Assembly (NCBI GenBank): GCA_030141605.1
Contig: JAQGDQ010000095.1
Location: 558,001-622,000 of the forward strand
Source: Tubiluchus corallicola
Taxonomy: Eukaryota > Animalia > Priapulida
Reading direction: 5' to 3'
DNA length: 64,000 bases
The translations under genes and the position numbers were made by a program. Below the pieces are notes generated by a model that ran no database searches, had not been told where the DNA came from, and was given only the letters and a program-made list of their open reading frames with translations. Below, piece after piece: positions 1 through 16,658 of the stretch; position 1 is the stretch's first letter; each line of letters begins with the position of its first letter.

Positions 1-320
1 TTGACTTAAGACTATTTCGTAGTTATCTATAACAATACCTTTAACATCCTTACATATTTTAATCGCATTATCTAAAAACTCCACGCACAATATGAAATTG
101 TATGGTGAGATAGGGTCACCCTGCCTAGTTCCCCGATGCAATTCGAAGAAGCTACTGTACGACCCGTTGTTAAGTACACAGCTTTCAATATTATTATAAC
201 AAATTCTGATCAATTTTTGAAAATTATCACCAAAATTTAAAAAGTTTAAGACTTCGTGTATAATTTTCCACTCTAGCGTGTCAAACTCCTTTTCAAAATC
301 AATTAATAAGAAAATTCCTT
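1..320 (-). mobile_element. Tx1/L1-clade non-LTR retrotransposon reverse transcriptase fragment (runs off left edge)
   Basis: Manual minus-strand translation: GIFLLIDFEKEFDTLEWKIIHEVLNFLNFGDNF...VLNNGSYSSFFELHRGTRQGDPISPYNFILCVEFL...IVLSQ. Matches L1/Tx1 RT motifs (DFEKAFD, G.RQGDP.SP..F.L, .SQ before YADD). 5' end abuts the (GACA)n array. Confidence 0.85.
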
Positions 321-325
321 AATAG

Positions 326-379
<54 letters not shown>

Positions 380-398
380 TAGATAGATAGAGATAGAG

Positions 399-431
<33 letters not shown>
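326..431. repeat. Compound microsatellite (GACA)n(GATA)n(GA)n
   Basis: Directly visible tandem units. Confidence 0.97.
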
Positions 432-2590
<2,159 letters not shown>

Positions 2591-2601
2591 AATCGCCAAT
2601 T

Positions 2602-2803
2602 TGCCAGTTATCTTTTCGCCAATCTATCCTTTCGCTAGTCTATCTTTTTGCCAGTCTATCTTTCGCCAGTCTATATTTTCGCCAGTCTCTCTATCTTGTT
2701 GCCAGTGCATCTTTTCGCCGGGCTATCTTTTCGCCAGTCTATCTTGTCGCCAGTTTATCTTTTCGCTAGTTTATCTTTTCTCCAGTCTGTCTTTTCGCCA
2801 GTG
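2602..2803. repeat. Minisatellite, ~13 copies of a 16-bp unit GCCAGTCTATCTTTTC
   Basis: Units counted by eye, mostly 1-3 differences from consensus. Confidence 0.9.
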
Positions 2804-2967
2804 TAATCGTGACAAACACTGAAGCCTTAACTGAACTATATATGTAGAAGTCACCATTGGCCATTACGTATCGACATGGTTTCATTTAAATGCTTTGTGA
2901 ACGGAATATATGTCCTACAGAGGCATGTCATACACCAAAATTGTGCACTGAGAAATGACATACAATC

Positions 2968-3205
2968 GTAGGTAGGTAGGTAGATCGGAAGGTATGCAGG
3001 CTGGCAGACAGATAGGTAGCCAGGCAAGCAGCTAGGTAGGCAGGCTAACAGATTGATAGGTAACCAGGCAGACAGGCAGGCAGGTAGGTTGGTGGGTTGG
3101 CAAGTAGGTAGATAGGTAAGTCGGTAGGTAGGTAGGTAGGCAGGCAGGTAGGTAGGTAAATAGGCAGGCAGGGAGACAGACAGGTAAGTAGGTAGGTAGG
3201 TAGGA
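2968..3205. repeat. Degenerate (GGTA)/(GGCA)/(GACA) microsatellite
   Basis: Visible tetranucleotide periodicity. Confidence 0.9.
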
Positions 3206-3696
3206 AATAAGTTGGCTACATGAATTAGATATTTCCATGCATATAAACCTCACTCATAACGCAAGGAAATTAATACAAAAGCGGACAATATTAGTAAGCA
3301 GGTAAGCAACTAAAACAAAATAGATACTTGAAAAATAATAATTTAGCAGTTGTCACTAAACGATTTGGACGCCATACTCGTGCACCTACAGTGTCGATGT
3401 GTTACAAATGTCACAGACGGAGTCGGTGAAAGTGGCGTTGGGGTTGAATTGGCGGAGGAATTACTTTAACAAATTTTACTTTGCGAAGCATTGGGGCGAA
3501 AGTTACCCATATTATGGTTTGCAAATTTGTAATTTTCTTATTTCGTTAAAATTATATTACCGAAGATGACATTAAAAGCAGAAAGCAACAAGCAATGTAT
3601 GCTTTTCTTCAGCACAATAATGTATTAACTAGCAATAAATTAAGTCTTAACGTAAGAATTCGATTATTCAATGCTTAGTTTACCGGCATATTTATG

Positions 3697-5022
3697 TAAT
3701 AATAATAGTAATTTATTTTCCTCCATATACAATAATTTGACAATAAAATACACAAAAATACAAACAAACATAGGAGAAAGGGTGGCGAAAAACCAAAGGT
3801 TATCGAGTCAACCACCCTTCTCAAAGGACAGTAAACAAAAGGACGCTAAGGACAGTAGACACAGCTATATTAAAAATACATAAACGTGCAGAAATACAAA
3901 AACAAAAATCAAAAACCATGACAAATTTACGAACTACTAAGCAAAATACCTTACAATTGTTTCTGATAAATACATCTAATAAATACATAAACGTACAGAA
4001 ATACAAAAACAAAAATACAACAGCAAAAAGTGAGTTTGCACCTCATAAAAAATGTTTTTAAGCAAAAGTTACCATAAGAATGTACATCTAACAGACAAAA
4101 CAAAAAAAAACTGATTTATTTGTAAGTTTCAAGAAGTGCCTTAGCGTACTGTTTTTTTTAGCGAATGCAGAGGTAAAGAAGTTATATGAGCATGTAGAGA
4201 GTTCCATAATACTGATCCCTGATATTTTAACGACGTTTGAGCCTTAGATGTATTAAATCGTTCGATGAAGAAAGAACTGCTAGTAGAAAACCTAGTGTTG
4301 TAACTGTGAATATCAGATGCTGGCGTATAGTAATTTAGAAACAATTCTGGTAGTAAGTTATTCTTAAATTTGTATACAAATTTTGCAAGCTCGAGTTTGT
4401 AGATATCATTCAGTTTTAAGAGGCCCAATTTAATGTAGGATGGCGTTGCATGTTCCCGTCTACCAGAAAATGTCATCAGCTTAACTATAATGTTTTGATG
4501 AGTTTGTATCGGTTTTAAAGTATTTGAAGATGCAGTGCCCCAGGAAAGAATCCCATAGTGAAGATAAGAATAAACCAAAGCATGGTATATTAGTTTTAGT
4601 ACATCTGTATTTACGTAGTGTCTTATCCTCGCAATTATGCCCTTAATTTTGCTAATTTTGTAGGTTATGTGTTTTACTTGTGTAGACCATGTTAAGTTAT
4701 CATCAATGAACATACCGAGGTATTTAATTTCTTTAGACCTAGTTAATATTTGATTATTCATTGAAATCTGGAAATTTTCATATGCGTCTGTTTTGCGGCC
4801 AGGCGTAATCAGCATGTATTTTGTCTTTTTATAGTTAATAGACAGTTTGTTAGCTTTCATCCACTGATTAATCTTATGCAATTCACTGTTAACTGAAGTT
4901 TGTAAATTAATTATCTTTGTATCTGTTAAGAATAGATTAGTGTCATCTGCAAACATTCTAGTGTGGAAGTTTGAACAGTTAACAAGATCATTTATGTACA
5001 AAAGAAACAATATACGACCGAG
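3697..5022 (-). mobile_element. 5'-truncated CR1/L2-group (Crack-like) LINE: RT C-terminal half, 3' UTR, (TTA)n tail
   Basis: ORF 4141..5064 contains LFLLYINDL, MFADDTNL, WMKANKLSIN..KTKYM, KYLGMFID, HSYNTR, YQGSVLWNSL. 3' UTR stem-loop ggtggcg...caaccacc at ~3781-3816. AATAAA plus (TTA)n tail at 3697-3717. Confidence 0.9.
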
Positions 5023-6432
5023 CAGATAAAAAGCGAAAAGAAAATAGACGACGCCCATGAGCACAATCTGTTGCGTAATTCATGAGCTTTTTCAGCTGAT
5101 ATTGCTAATTTTTTCCACAAATCATCTTATCCAAATTTCATTCAGATAAAAATGACGGAAAGGTATAATTAACCTCGGTGTGACCTTTCCTGCAAACACG
5201 TAATTATTACATGTAACACAGTCAATGGGAACATTGGTCATGGCAGAGAAGCTGAAATATATATATATATATATATACATAAATATATAGCGCGAAAATA
5301 CGTGTAGTACTATTTTTAATACACAACTTCAAATGAAAAAAATCGCTCAAGTTTTTTAAACTTTTGACAGTGTAATCGTATTATAATATAAGCAACTTGT
5401 TTTTAATAGTGTCATATGAATTATTCCTTACACTGTAACTCTTTCTCAACTCACTATTTTTGAGTTTATTAGCCTATTTAACCAGGCACTTCATCATTAA
5501 ATTTTAGTGCAGATGGATAAATATAGGTAGTATAGCCGGTTCTAATGTTAGCATTATCGACCACAAATGAAGATTTGATCGCGAAATTGCTGTAGTTACT
5601 TAACTTATTTGGGTACGGACCGTACGGTATAATATGTAAGTAACTTTCGCAGTGTTCGATTTTGTACGCTTCTTCGACAGAGGTCATTACATCCTATAGA
5701 AGCCATTACATAGAAAAGATAGGTCAAGTGAACTAATTAAGCCTTATGTCATATCTTATCTTTGTTGTGTTGCCCTACTTGAACAGTTTTAATCAGTAGT
5801 GTAGTAAATACACAGAGAACTTGTAGTTGTGGACCGTAAAGCGTATTATTTGAACATGAAGTCAGAGATGACGAATTGCAATGAATTTTTATCATACATG
5901 CAAAGCAGGGTAGATGTTTTGTTTATAGATTAGTTTTATATATACCAGTGCGCAGAATTCGTATGTAAATACTTCTCATTGTGAAGTTTAAATTGTTGAA
6001 AGGTGTCGAATAATGATTCAGCTTATAACGCTTCGTTTTTCTTGTTTATGTAGGTGTCGTCACATTACTAGCATTGTTTACAAGTTAATGTCGCCATCCG
6101 CTAAAATTAATTTTTTGAACAGGAATTCAATAACCTGTTAATGCACGAGTTAAAGTTCGTAACACACACTCGTTATCCATATTGTGCAAAAATAGTCTTT
6201 TATATGTAAAATTACCTTCTAAACCCCCATGTAACTCTTAGACGCCATTGTAGGCGTTCTTTAATGGCGTAATTAGTAACAACTTATTAACGCCCGTAAA
6301 CTTGTTTTCTCACATCTAAACTGCAATGAAAACTCAAGTATCTAATTTCGCGGCAACATATTTACGTACGTTACGCCACAAAGACAGACGCCGAGTTAGA
6401 GGGGCATTGCCTCCGCGTGTTAGTCAGTGCGC

Positions 6433-6466
6433 CCAGCAGGTGGCGCAACCAAACCAGGGGGCGCTA
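6433..6466 (+). promoter_or_regulatory. Tandem CTCF-like motifs in a CpG-rich patch
   Basis: CCAGCAGGTGGCGC (6433-6446) and AAACCAGGGGGCGCTA (6451-6466) fit the CCASYAGRKGGCRS consensus; same orientation. Confidence 0.6.
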
Positions 6467-6986
6467 TGTTCACCAAACTGCACCGTGAGCGCAACAAGTA
6501 AGAGTTTAAGGAACTTTTCAGTCACGCGAACCAAGGAGGATTAGTATGTCGCGTGGTGAAAAGTACACTCGCACGTCAGTAGGCGTAGCATCGCTGATGT
6601 GAACGCTCCTTTAACAGTCCGCGCTCTTTGCTGTTTTGCTGTAATAATTATTACACTGAACCGAACATTGCCGAATGCTCAACCACGCAGTCAGTAACTG
6701 ATTTGTAAATCAAGCAAGAAGACGTTCAGGGCATTTGGCCGCTTACTGTAAAGTTTAACTGGTATTGGAATTTTCTGTTGTTTAATATTTAAATCGTGTG
6801 TAGATTCTCGAAAGAGGGAGTAGAGACAAATTTTCTTTTGGTGCGTCTTTCGTTTTGTGATATTTTATTCGTGATAATGTGACTATAAAAGAACAAAAAA
6901 CGCCATCATATCCTACCTAGTGGGGTGGCATGTCTAGCAGACGACTATAAATGGGGTAAGTTGATTAAATCTATTATTATGTATTA

Positions 6987-7236
6987 TTACTTCGATAAAC
7001 CCACGTGCTTGGTCGAAGAAGCAGCGGTGCCATTTTTAAGCCTTTGGTACGACGCGGTCAAGAGTTGAACCCGCTACCTCCCGGGTGAGAAATGAGGAAA
7101 GCGAACTAGCGACAAGAAGTTCCTCAAGCTCTGATCTTCTGAGGTACTAACTGATTTTGGTGTAGATATTAAGTCTGTAATTACTGCTAATAATTTTCTT
7201 TAAAATACAAGAGTGGGATAATTTACGGTAGATTAA
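6987..7236 (-). mobile_element. SINE copy (partial), inverted homolog of 25645-25895
   Basis: ~250-bp reverse-complement match to 25645-25895 with scattered mismatches. Minus strand has B-box GGTTCAACTC and core GTCGTACCAAAGGCTTAAAAATGGCACC. Confidence 0.85.
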
Positions 7237-8889
7237 GAGTCACAGCTGGCAATGTAAAAAAAGTTTTTCGTTATTTTTTTTTGCTTAAGTCGTTTTTCTA
7301 ATTCTGTGGTTACAACAATAGGCTTAGAGGTTTATTCGTTTAGCTTTTGCCGGCAATAATTTATAGACACAGTGACGATTATAATAATTTAAGATAGTTT
7401 TTATTTACCATTAAAACCCATTTATGTTGAATGGAAATATCAGCAAGCCTTTAAACCGCTAACTCAACCGTACGATAGCTCACGGGTGTTACGAATACTG
7501 GCAGTTAATGCTCATACCCCAGGGTCTTCCCCGCCCACAGTCGCAACTCACAACATTCCTCTTCCTTTACAGTTTGTTGATTTAGTTGGAGGAATACCTT
7601 CTAACTAGCATGGCAGGACCTGACCTTGGCCGAGGGTTAGGGTTAAGCTGACTGTTTGTTTAGACTGTTTCATTCACGTAAGGGATTTGTATTTTGCTTA
7701 TCTGTATAAATAAGCACATACGAGGTTCAAGTGAATGAACCACTAATAGTACACACACACAGGCCTAGCAGGAAACGAAAGATAAGGTATGGCTGTTAAT
7801 CTAAATGCCAGAACTTCACTGTCAGCTATACAATATGTTTTACTTCGTTACTCCAGTGTTACTACGATGCTGGAAAGAGACACGTGTGATAAATAAATTA
7901 AGATCAAGACTGTAGATTATTTTACTAGCTCAACATTTATTATTCACAAGAGACTAAGAGGCAAAAGGCTGAAAATTAGAAAGATGCTTGGATTCTGCAT
8001 GTTGTATGACCTATAATGCTGACGTTATTAACCTGAAATTGGAACGTTAACCTACCAGTTTACGCACACCATGCGCTATATAAATAAAAACTTATTACCA
8101 AGGTATTTACAACCATTGAGATAGTACCAAGAATTACATTTATTTTGAGAATTCACAAACCGAAGAAAAAACGAATGTTTATATTAACTATTTGATATAT
8201 TGTTGACCTTGCAACTTCGCTGTTTATTAAAAAAACTATATGAGCTGCGAACCTCCAATAATAATGACAAAGGAAATGGTTTAGTGTTCTGTAAGAACGT
8301 GGGTTTGATATTTGATATAAATTTTTTTTGTAATACTGTGCAAAACTAACTCAAGTTTAAAACAAATATAATATACCAGAGGCAATCCAGTCAATATATT
8401 TAACACCCCATGCTACAGCTGCAAATGGGTCAATGCGTCTGATTACTGTTTTGCAGCGTATTTTTGAGTCGGTATGGCTCACAATTAAGTGACGCACGCA
8501 AAAAACTATCGTATCTAGTTGACTTTTGACAGACAATAACTATAAAGCCGCGTTTTTCGACTTATTTTTTAGATATTTTTTTCCATTATTTATACTTGAT
8601 TTTCGGAAATTTTATGAGGCTGTGTGACCTACATCATACATATTGATGTGCGCATTAAAACAAATTTTAGTGATCTTTCATCTTCTTACACACACATTTT
8701 ACAAATACCACGCCAGTATGACTTTGTGTTACATGTTTAAACACTTAAGCGATTTTTTTCATTTGAAGTTATTTATTAAAAAAATAAATATAAGCACTAA
8801 TAATAACATTTACTTAAATTCAACAGACAACACAAGTATGCCATGAGGTGTTTATCGCCGACTGTAAATAACAAATTAGAACTACATAA

Positions 8890-9052
8890 CATTATTATTA
8901 TTATAATTATAATATATAAAGCCACTTTTACCCTAAAAATCACGCACCAGACAGAGGTACCATTTTTAAAGTCTTTGGCATGACCATACCGGGCCGGAGT
9001 ATTGAACTTGCAACCTCCCAGACGGAAAGCGGAAAGCATTATCACTAGACTA
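8890..9052 (-). mobile_element. Degenerate tRNA-derived SINE (same core family)
   Basis: Minus strand TAGTCTAGTG...GGGAGGTTGCAAGTTCAATAC...GGTCATGCCAAAGACTTTAAAAATGGTACC, followed by a (TAA)n-like tail. Confidence 0.75.
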
Positions 9053-12000
9053 TAATGTTTGGTAGAATGGCCTTTTGTGGATAGATTCTTTAATTTCATA
9101 GCAGGTTACCACACAATATTTGAAGCTTGTAGTCCTGTAACATGCATACATGCACAGATGCACAATAGTGAGTCTGTGTTGAAGAATAGGCATACAAAGT
9201 TTGAATGGTATTAGGGCAAAAATGCATAAATGTTAATTAATACATGCATTATTGCAGTTCATCACATAAGCCAGATGATACTTACAAAATAATGTGAATT
9301 TTTTTTCAACTTCAAATCACCTGCATGCTTGGAATAACTACAGTTTGTAGAAACTGATATAGTATAAGTTTATTGGTTAATTAATGTATATAGAACACAT
9401 AGACTAGTAAGTCATACTGCAGTAGCCGGATAAATATTACTATTTAATATCAATATAATGTATACGTAAATCACATTCTCAGCATGCATCAAATATTCGA
9501 CAAGACTAGACCAGAGAAATATTTTATTTAAAAAATACTGAACGTAGCAGATACTAAACCGTATGTTACAGTGTTAAAAAGTTGAGAAGTGTGTGCCTGA
9601 TTTACTTCATCGACCGGACCAGGCATAGAAAGGGCCCAATCAGGCTTATTCCACAGGTGTGAAAATTTCACATCATATGTATGCCATATGAAGTGCAAAA
9701 AAAATTTGAAGAAATAGATTAAAAACAGTTTATATGAAAAAAATGAAGCATTGTTTGAATGAAAATTTTTGGGCCAATAAAAATTCGTGAAATACAATGC
9801 TTTGTCGTCTGATACTATAATTATTTATTCGACCACTTATAATTTACCAAGAAGGCTGCCTACTTTTTTCCAGTTTAGAGCTTCCCGGTGCACTTTTCTG
9901 TGTTTAGGAGGAGATGTTAATAAATTTATTCCCCAGTGATGCGTAAGCCCACCCCTGGTTTAGTCAATATTCTTAGCGTTGTACATTTGACTAAGCAAAA
10001 CTTGTCTGTTATGCCAAATAACTCAGTGAGTTACATAACACCGGAAATTCGTCGCACACAAGCACAATTTAGAGCACACCCGTTTTTTCCAGCCCCCTAT
10101 CGTAGAACCGGACGAAAGTTGTCATCAATTTAATATAAACATCCTTGGATATAATGGTATTTAAACGGGGTCATTCCCCCCGCCCCGTTACGATATTGAC
10201 ATTACATCACCTGTACTAGACACGAGCATCATTGGCTATGATTTACTCGCCTTTAGACCACAGATACCACATGGTACGCCATTGATATTAGATCGATACT
10301 GCGCACAGAGTAGTAACATTGCTCCTAGGCTGACAGACGTAGTGGTTTCCCAGCTAATGCGTTTCACTACGCTATATAATAATTGTATTTGGCTTCCGCG
10401 ATGGATTGACGCTTAGAGAGCAAGTGCCATGACGTAGAGGTGACTTTGTTCTAGGGACACCCGGCGCGCTGCAACACGTGCCTGGAGATAATGATGACAG
10501 TGATCGTAGAAGGTGCGTAAATTATTACATTGCCATTTCGGATTACAGATTTTTTGGGGAGTGATAAAGTAAACAAATCATTTGGCAAATTATTCTGACT
10601 GACTAATCCTATCACCTATCCTGTTAAGAAAATTTCCTAGATCTTTTATATGGGGTCTCTAGGGGAAATAGAGATTTAACGAGTAGGGGTAAGATGATTT
10701 AAAATTTACTGAAATGGATGCTGAAAGAATAGTATTGTAATTTATAAAGACTAAAATTGACACTTCAATTGGGCATATTAATAAAGAACACAGACATTTA
10801 AGATTGCTAAAGTGGGATATTTTGTAATATGGCAATGACTTCAGCAGGTACTGACAATGGCTGATGATGATCAGTGACAACAGAATACATTTTTTTTGCC
10901 TAGGTGTCAATGCATGTCTAACCTTATTAAAATAGGATTAGAGAACATGGGGTACATCTGCCAAAAAGTGTGCGCCTAACGCGAGATAGACAATGTATTT
11001 CCACGGAGTGTATCCATAATCGCAGTGTTACGTTTCGCAAGACAATTCCAGGTAATCTGGCTCACTGCCTGTCTAGTCTACCAAGTTTACGATTCATGGA
11101 AAACAAATTAATGACAGCAATTATTAATATCAGTAAACACCTCACTCCATTTATTAAACTCCCGAAGGCATATATTTCTATGTACATTATATAACCTGCT
11201 ATCTTTATGTTGAGAATTCTCAGGATAAGGAATGGGGTGTCTGCAGGTAAAGAGGTGCAAATTTATGCAGTAACTATGCGATTTCTCCTCATGGTTGGCG
11301 CGCCGTTGAAAATTTTTGATCAACTACAAAATATAATTAACATAATTAACTTACTGACTTAACAATAAAGTTATAACTCACTAATTTCTGCCTACATTTT
11401 AGGACATCTCACGCCTGTGTTCTGGATCCGCGCGTCACAGGTCGCTTAACGTTCAGGTTTTGATTTACAAGAGAAGGACTAATAAATACTATAAAATTTG
11501 ATTTTCCTAGAATTTATTATATTTATGGCGTTTAACAAATCCTCTTTTGCAGCAAGTAGATGATTTGTATACAATGCAACATTGAACGCTCTAGCTTGCT
11601 AGTCTCTTATCTTGAGGTATTCTGAAAGTAGTATGTGCATTACCTGTGTGAAGAAGCTAAATTTCTGTATATAGTACGAGATAGTCCTTTCAAAACACTT
11701 TTTTGTGCAACAGCAGTATTTTCTGGTTAGGTCTCAATGTACTTAAAATTATTGGAAAAAAACGGTATATTGGTCTTCGCTGATCAGAATGTACACCTGG
11801 GAAGAAAAATCAGGTTAGTATAAAGGTTTCGGGAGCAGAAACTTAATTCATTTGAATACAAATTGTACCATTTTTGAAGATCTAATAATTATCAACTTGG
11901 AAATCAAAAACTTATAACATTGGCCGCCCAAGGTGATGAAAGTGCTAGTGTTTTATTGAACTTCGGACTACATGCGCATATAGGGTATATGTTATAATGA

Positions 12001-14311
12001 TTATAACAACCAGAAACAATTGCCTATAAGTCAAATTCTTTGTGCTGATTGGACAAAATTTAATCGAAATGATTTTTAGGTGCTAAAATTAACATAATTA
12101 GTAGGATTATAGTACGGTGGGAAATAGTAAAGATACTTTAACTTACTACATTTATTTTAACGTTTCATCTACTGTAACCAAATGGTGATCAAGGCTTGTC
12201 ATACACGTATACTTGCAGTAACCTCACATCTGAAAAACTGCTCTGTGGTGCACTTGACAACAAGGTTATGTGAACGTTAAAGAAATGAAACATCGCGCCA
12301 TATAATGTTAATTTTCGTTCAGTGCAGTCCCACAGTACATTGGAAAAATAACACTGTGATGCATTCCATTTATATAAACAATTCGAAACATGTTTATGGC
12401 ATAATAATAAAAATTGTTTACATTACAGTAAAGATTTTGCGTGTCCTACATTTATAATAACAGTAGGCTCCATAATTAAGGAATAAAATGGTTTAATTTA
12501 TAACTTCTTAATAGTTTAGTTCATCTAATTATTTTAAATTATTTGTGTTCAGTTTGGCTATTTTGGCGGATTCTGCAATTTAGACTCTGAATGGCACCCC
12601 AAAGGACTGGTTCAGTATAGCACTGTATACATAAGAATGAATTTTTAGGCACGCCAGGTCACACGGCCTCCAAACTCCAGTTTCTTTGTATTTCTGATAT
12701 GATTTCGAAACCTTTTGTACTCACAATGCTAAACAAATCAATATGAATTCTCAGATTATATGTGTTGTTATATAAAGTTTTCCAGTGAGTATTGAAAAGA
12801 AATAGATACTTAAGGTTTAGACGTGTATACTATTAAGAAGTACAAGACTCAAAACCGGTTTCTATACCAAGAACAGGAAAATCCTTTACAGATTTAAAAA
12901 AATGAAACTGAAAAAAATTAAAATCCTTTAAAAACCATTTTTGTCTCTTAAGAATAAGCAATTAAGGAAAAAATACTCAATGATAATGCACATAAACCAT
13001 TTAAAATTTTAGGCAAGATACTGAGTTATATGACTGAAAATACAAAAAAGTGTAGCTTTATAACAACGTGCAGCCATGCACGCACAAGGGTGAAAACACT
13101 GATTATTTTTATTCTTTTAAATTTTGTAATTTTATTCTGCACCTCTAATTTAACTTTTTGGTTGTAATAATGAAGAAACAGCATAAAAGTACATACTATT
13201 ATTGTAACTACTGTGTACTCTTTTGTGTCAAAATGTACAGCTCAGTAACATACTGCTACATTAGGATATGCTTCTTTTCATTTTTAGAGCAAATTATGTA
13301 TGATACAATATACCATGTAGTAACACAGTATATAATATGACATATATTAAGATATGGCATATGCAGTATGTACCATAGATGTTAGTACATGTATTACTTA
13401 TTTCTTTACTAATCTCATTCATTAATTATTAGTTTACTTGTGGAATGTCCTCTCTGACGGGGATTACACGTAGATTTTATTAAACTTTTATCATAGTATG
13501 TTATAGAATAACTGAACTACTAATATGCATGTATTTTTAGATGTTTAGTCTAGAATTCCTTTCGAATAAATCGCTGAACTGCGTGAAAGCTAAAACTTCC
13601 CAAACGGCTTTAATCTAAAGCTTAAACAGTTCATCGGCTTATCACACTAAACGTGTTCAGGCGGTGAGTACAGCGATATTGACCAATGGTCATTTCAGTG
13701 CTTGACCTCTTGCTCAAATTTGACGGCTTATTAATCGAATTTAACACAGACTGATCAGGAAGAGAGAATGTGTGAGAGTTGTTGTATGTAGCACGAGTGT
13801 GCACCATACACTGTGTGTGTGAATGAACTCCCCCAAATATACTTCCCCTTCCGAACTCGCGCGACCTAATGACCTTTCTTTACACTCACATTGTGATATA
13901 ACTTATCGATACGAAACAAATAAATAATGGTTGGAAACAAAATGCAGTGAATGCAAATTTAACATTGTCTGTACTGTACATGATCGTGCGCATATACGTT
14001 GACCTTTTACAATCAGTTATGATGTTGTGGTACTTAAAAGTCGGAAACTGCGCAAATTTTAACAGAGTTTTGCGGCAATTGTGAATACTAATTGTTGCAA
14101 TTGTTGGTGTAATCGACAAAACTACTTTAAGGCCAGGCACAGCTACTTCATGTGAATTAATTAGCTGTAATATCGTTTACCGGTAAGATAAAAAATGGCA
14201 AAGTTAATCAAATAGAAGAAATAAGATATAGGATATATAATAAGATATATTAATTTGATATAAGTAGTAAACAGTAGTTAATGAATGATCTTTATTATAC
14301 GAGTAGTAAAA

Positions 14312-14385
14312 GAGATAGCTAGATAGAGAGATGGATGGATGGATGGATGGATGAACGGACGGATGGATGGACAGATAGACAGATT
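14312..14385. repeat. Compound (GATA)/(GGAT)/(GGAC) microsatellite
   Basis: Visible units. Confidence 0.85.
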
Positions 14386-14828
14386 AGAAATGTAAACTGT
14401 GTATAACAATAGACACTTTGAGATCTCTAGCTGTAAATTACAGTAATTGAAAAGTATTCATCCAGTAGACTAGTGTTTTTAAAATTCAAATTTTATCTCA
14501 TGAACTTCATTTTGAAAAGCTGTACTAGGATTGAAACATCGTAAGACATGATAGGTTTAGGATTTGTATTGAATATGCTGACAGGAGCTTCTTGCACATG
14601 CCCCCAGCTGTTTTCTGTCATGTATTCCCATGGTAAAGAGAGCATAACCCTTGCCAGAATAATAAAATGAACCACATGTGAGCTATTATTCACCTCCCTG
14701 TCCTACTAATTGGTCACTGCACTCCGCATACTCGTTTCAGTGGTTTGCTTTCGTACATAAGCCCATATTAGAATACGATTATATTGTTCTCTTAAATTCA
14801 ATATATTATATATTTAGTATGTAAACTT

Positions 14829-14975
14829 TATATATATATATATATATATAAAATATTATATATTATGTATTATATATTATATATTATATATTATATATTA
14901 TATTATATAATTATAAATATTATATATTATAAAATATCATATAAAATATTATATATATTAAAATATATTTATATT
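14829..14975. repeat. (TA)n / (TATAT)n-type AT microsatellite
   Basis: Visible units. Confidence 0.9.
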
Positions 14976-16658
14976 AGAAATGAATTATGCAAGCATATTT
15001 TATCCTAAGCTATTTTATCGTATGACTCCGGTTAGGTATAGCGATGAAATACATGATTGCAAATTTGATTAATGAGCAAGTCTTGGAAAGCAATCAAATG
15101 GTTGAACTAGACCATTAAGCTACACTGATAGTACACCAAACAATTTGCACTATCGATAGCCTTATTTTTGTCATGCATTCATGATCCTTTGCCTTTATAC
15201 ATTCCTCTCTGTTACGCCTAATCGCCTTCCTTAAAGCATACATAAACATCATCTTGCAATAACTGAACCAGACCCATCTATTTGTAAACCATTCATCAGC
15301 TTTTTAGCAAAGCATGACGACCGCGGCTGACTTGATACATTCATCCCAATAATCCCGGTTTTATTGATTTTCCCGTTTTGCCAGGAGTTGTTTTCCGGCA
15401 TGTTTCGAGTCGTGTAGTACCAAGCGGCGACTCGTTCTGGCATAGCTTGCGCATCGTCAGGTCTCAACAACCTGACTGAACTTTCAACAACCTTAAGCCA
15501 AATGAGGCAAGCAAAAAACCAGCAAATGCCTGGCGACGTCAACACGTTGTACCTTTCTTTAAATCAAGTTTACTTATCCAACGGAGGTGACTGCCCAAAT
15601 GTATGAGGTACCATTTTGCCAGATTTCAGCAAGGTCAACAACAGCAATTTCAGAGAGCGACACATGCGCCTCCCGTGACGTTTTGCAGTTTTTGGATGGT
15701 AACTTGTAAATAAGTACTTCACCAAACAAACATAATGCAACTGAACTGAAGTTAGGTTGAACAAACAACAAAGATGATAAACAAATCATTAAAATCGGTA
15801 GCGAGGCGTCTGAATTTTGCAGAAAACAATTTCATGTTGAACAGTAAACAGTCAGTGAAGCTGTCCTTAAATACAAGAATTAATTTTTGTAGAAACAATA
15901 TATTAAAAAAACAAGCTTTGGTACCTTCAAATTTTAAATAAAACTAAATAGGTTCTTTTAAATAGTAATATCATCTTATTTTTCTTTCCGAAACACACTA
16001 CCTGTAAGCCCTTCCGTAACAGAAGCTGCATCGCATGCTGTAGACGCAGGTCAGTGTGTTCTTCAACATTATAACCAAAAATCACTAAAGATTTTAATAA
16101 CGTCACTGTCTTTTATTGCTCTTTTAATGCCGCATTTATAGCGTGATTTATTATTTACCATTTGTCTTGTTTAATAATGGATGATCCCAGTGTAGTAATT
16201 TCACGACAAATTAGAAGACGTTGAAGTTTATTACCCATCACATTAACTTGGCTTTTCCTGTCCCACGTGGATTATAAGAAATAACAGATTCGCAAACAGT
16301 TTAACATTGAAATACTACCGATTCATTGTCTCTAGTACAAACTCTATGTATAAAGTTTTCTTCGCTGAGTGTGTTCATAAAAAACAGTGTCTACTCAAAC
16401 TTTAGGATGAAGGGCATTATTATTGTAATATATGCACATTTTTGCGTGCATCTAGCAGCGGAGTGAAGGTGGATTCATTTGGAAATCACTTGCCTTCATT
16501 CATTCACATTATCTAATTAACTACTATGTTACTATGTATCTTTCCGTCTTCCAAAATTCGGTTGGAAGCCCAGAAAAAATGATAGGCTAGAAGCCAGTTG
16601 CTAAAAATACGATTAGAAAAGAACTTCCAAAAACCACCCGTGCAAGACTACCGATATA

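Noticed and set aside
2602-2803. CRISPR-like appearance of the 16-bp array
   Set aside because: Units are contiguous with no unique spacers, there are no cas genes, and the context is eukaryotic.
5478-5687. 69-aa ATG-initiated minus-strand ORF near the CpG-rich patch
   Set aside because: No recognisable homology or splice partners; length expected by chance.
7633-7647. Telomere-like TTAGGG copies (also degenerate CCCTAA at ~60820-60845)
   Set aside because: Only about two degenerate units; not an interstitial telomere array.
15249-15545. 98-aa ORF with a hydrophobic N-terminus
   Set aside because: Non-ATG start, no convincing splice context and no recognisable domain.
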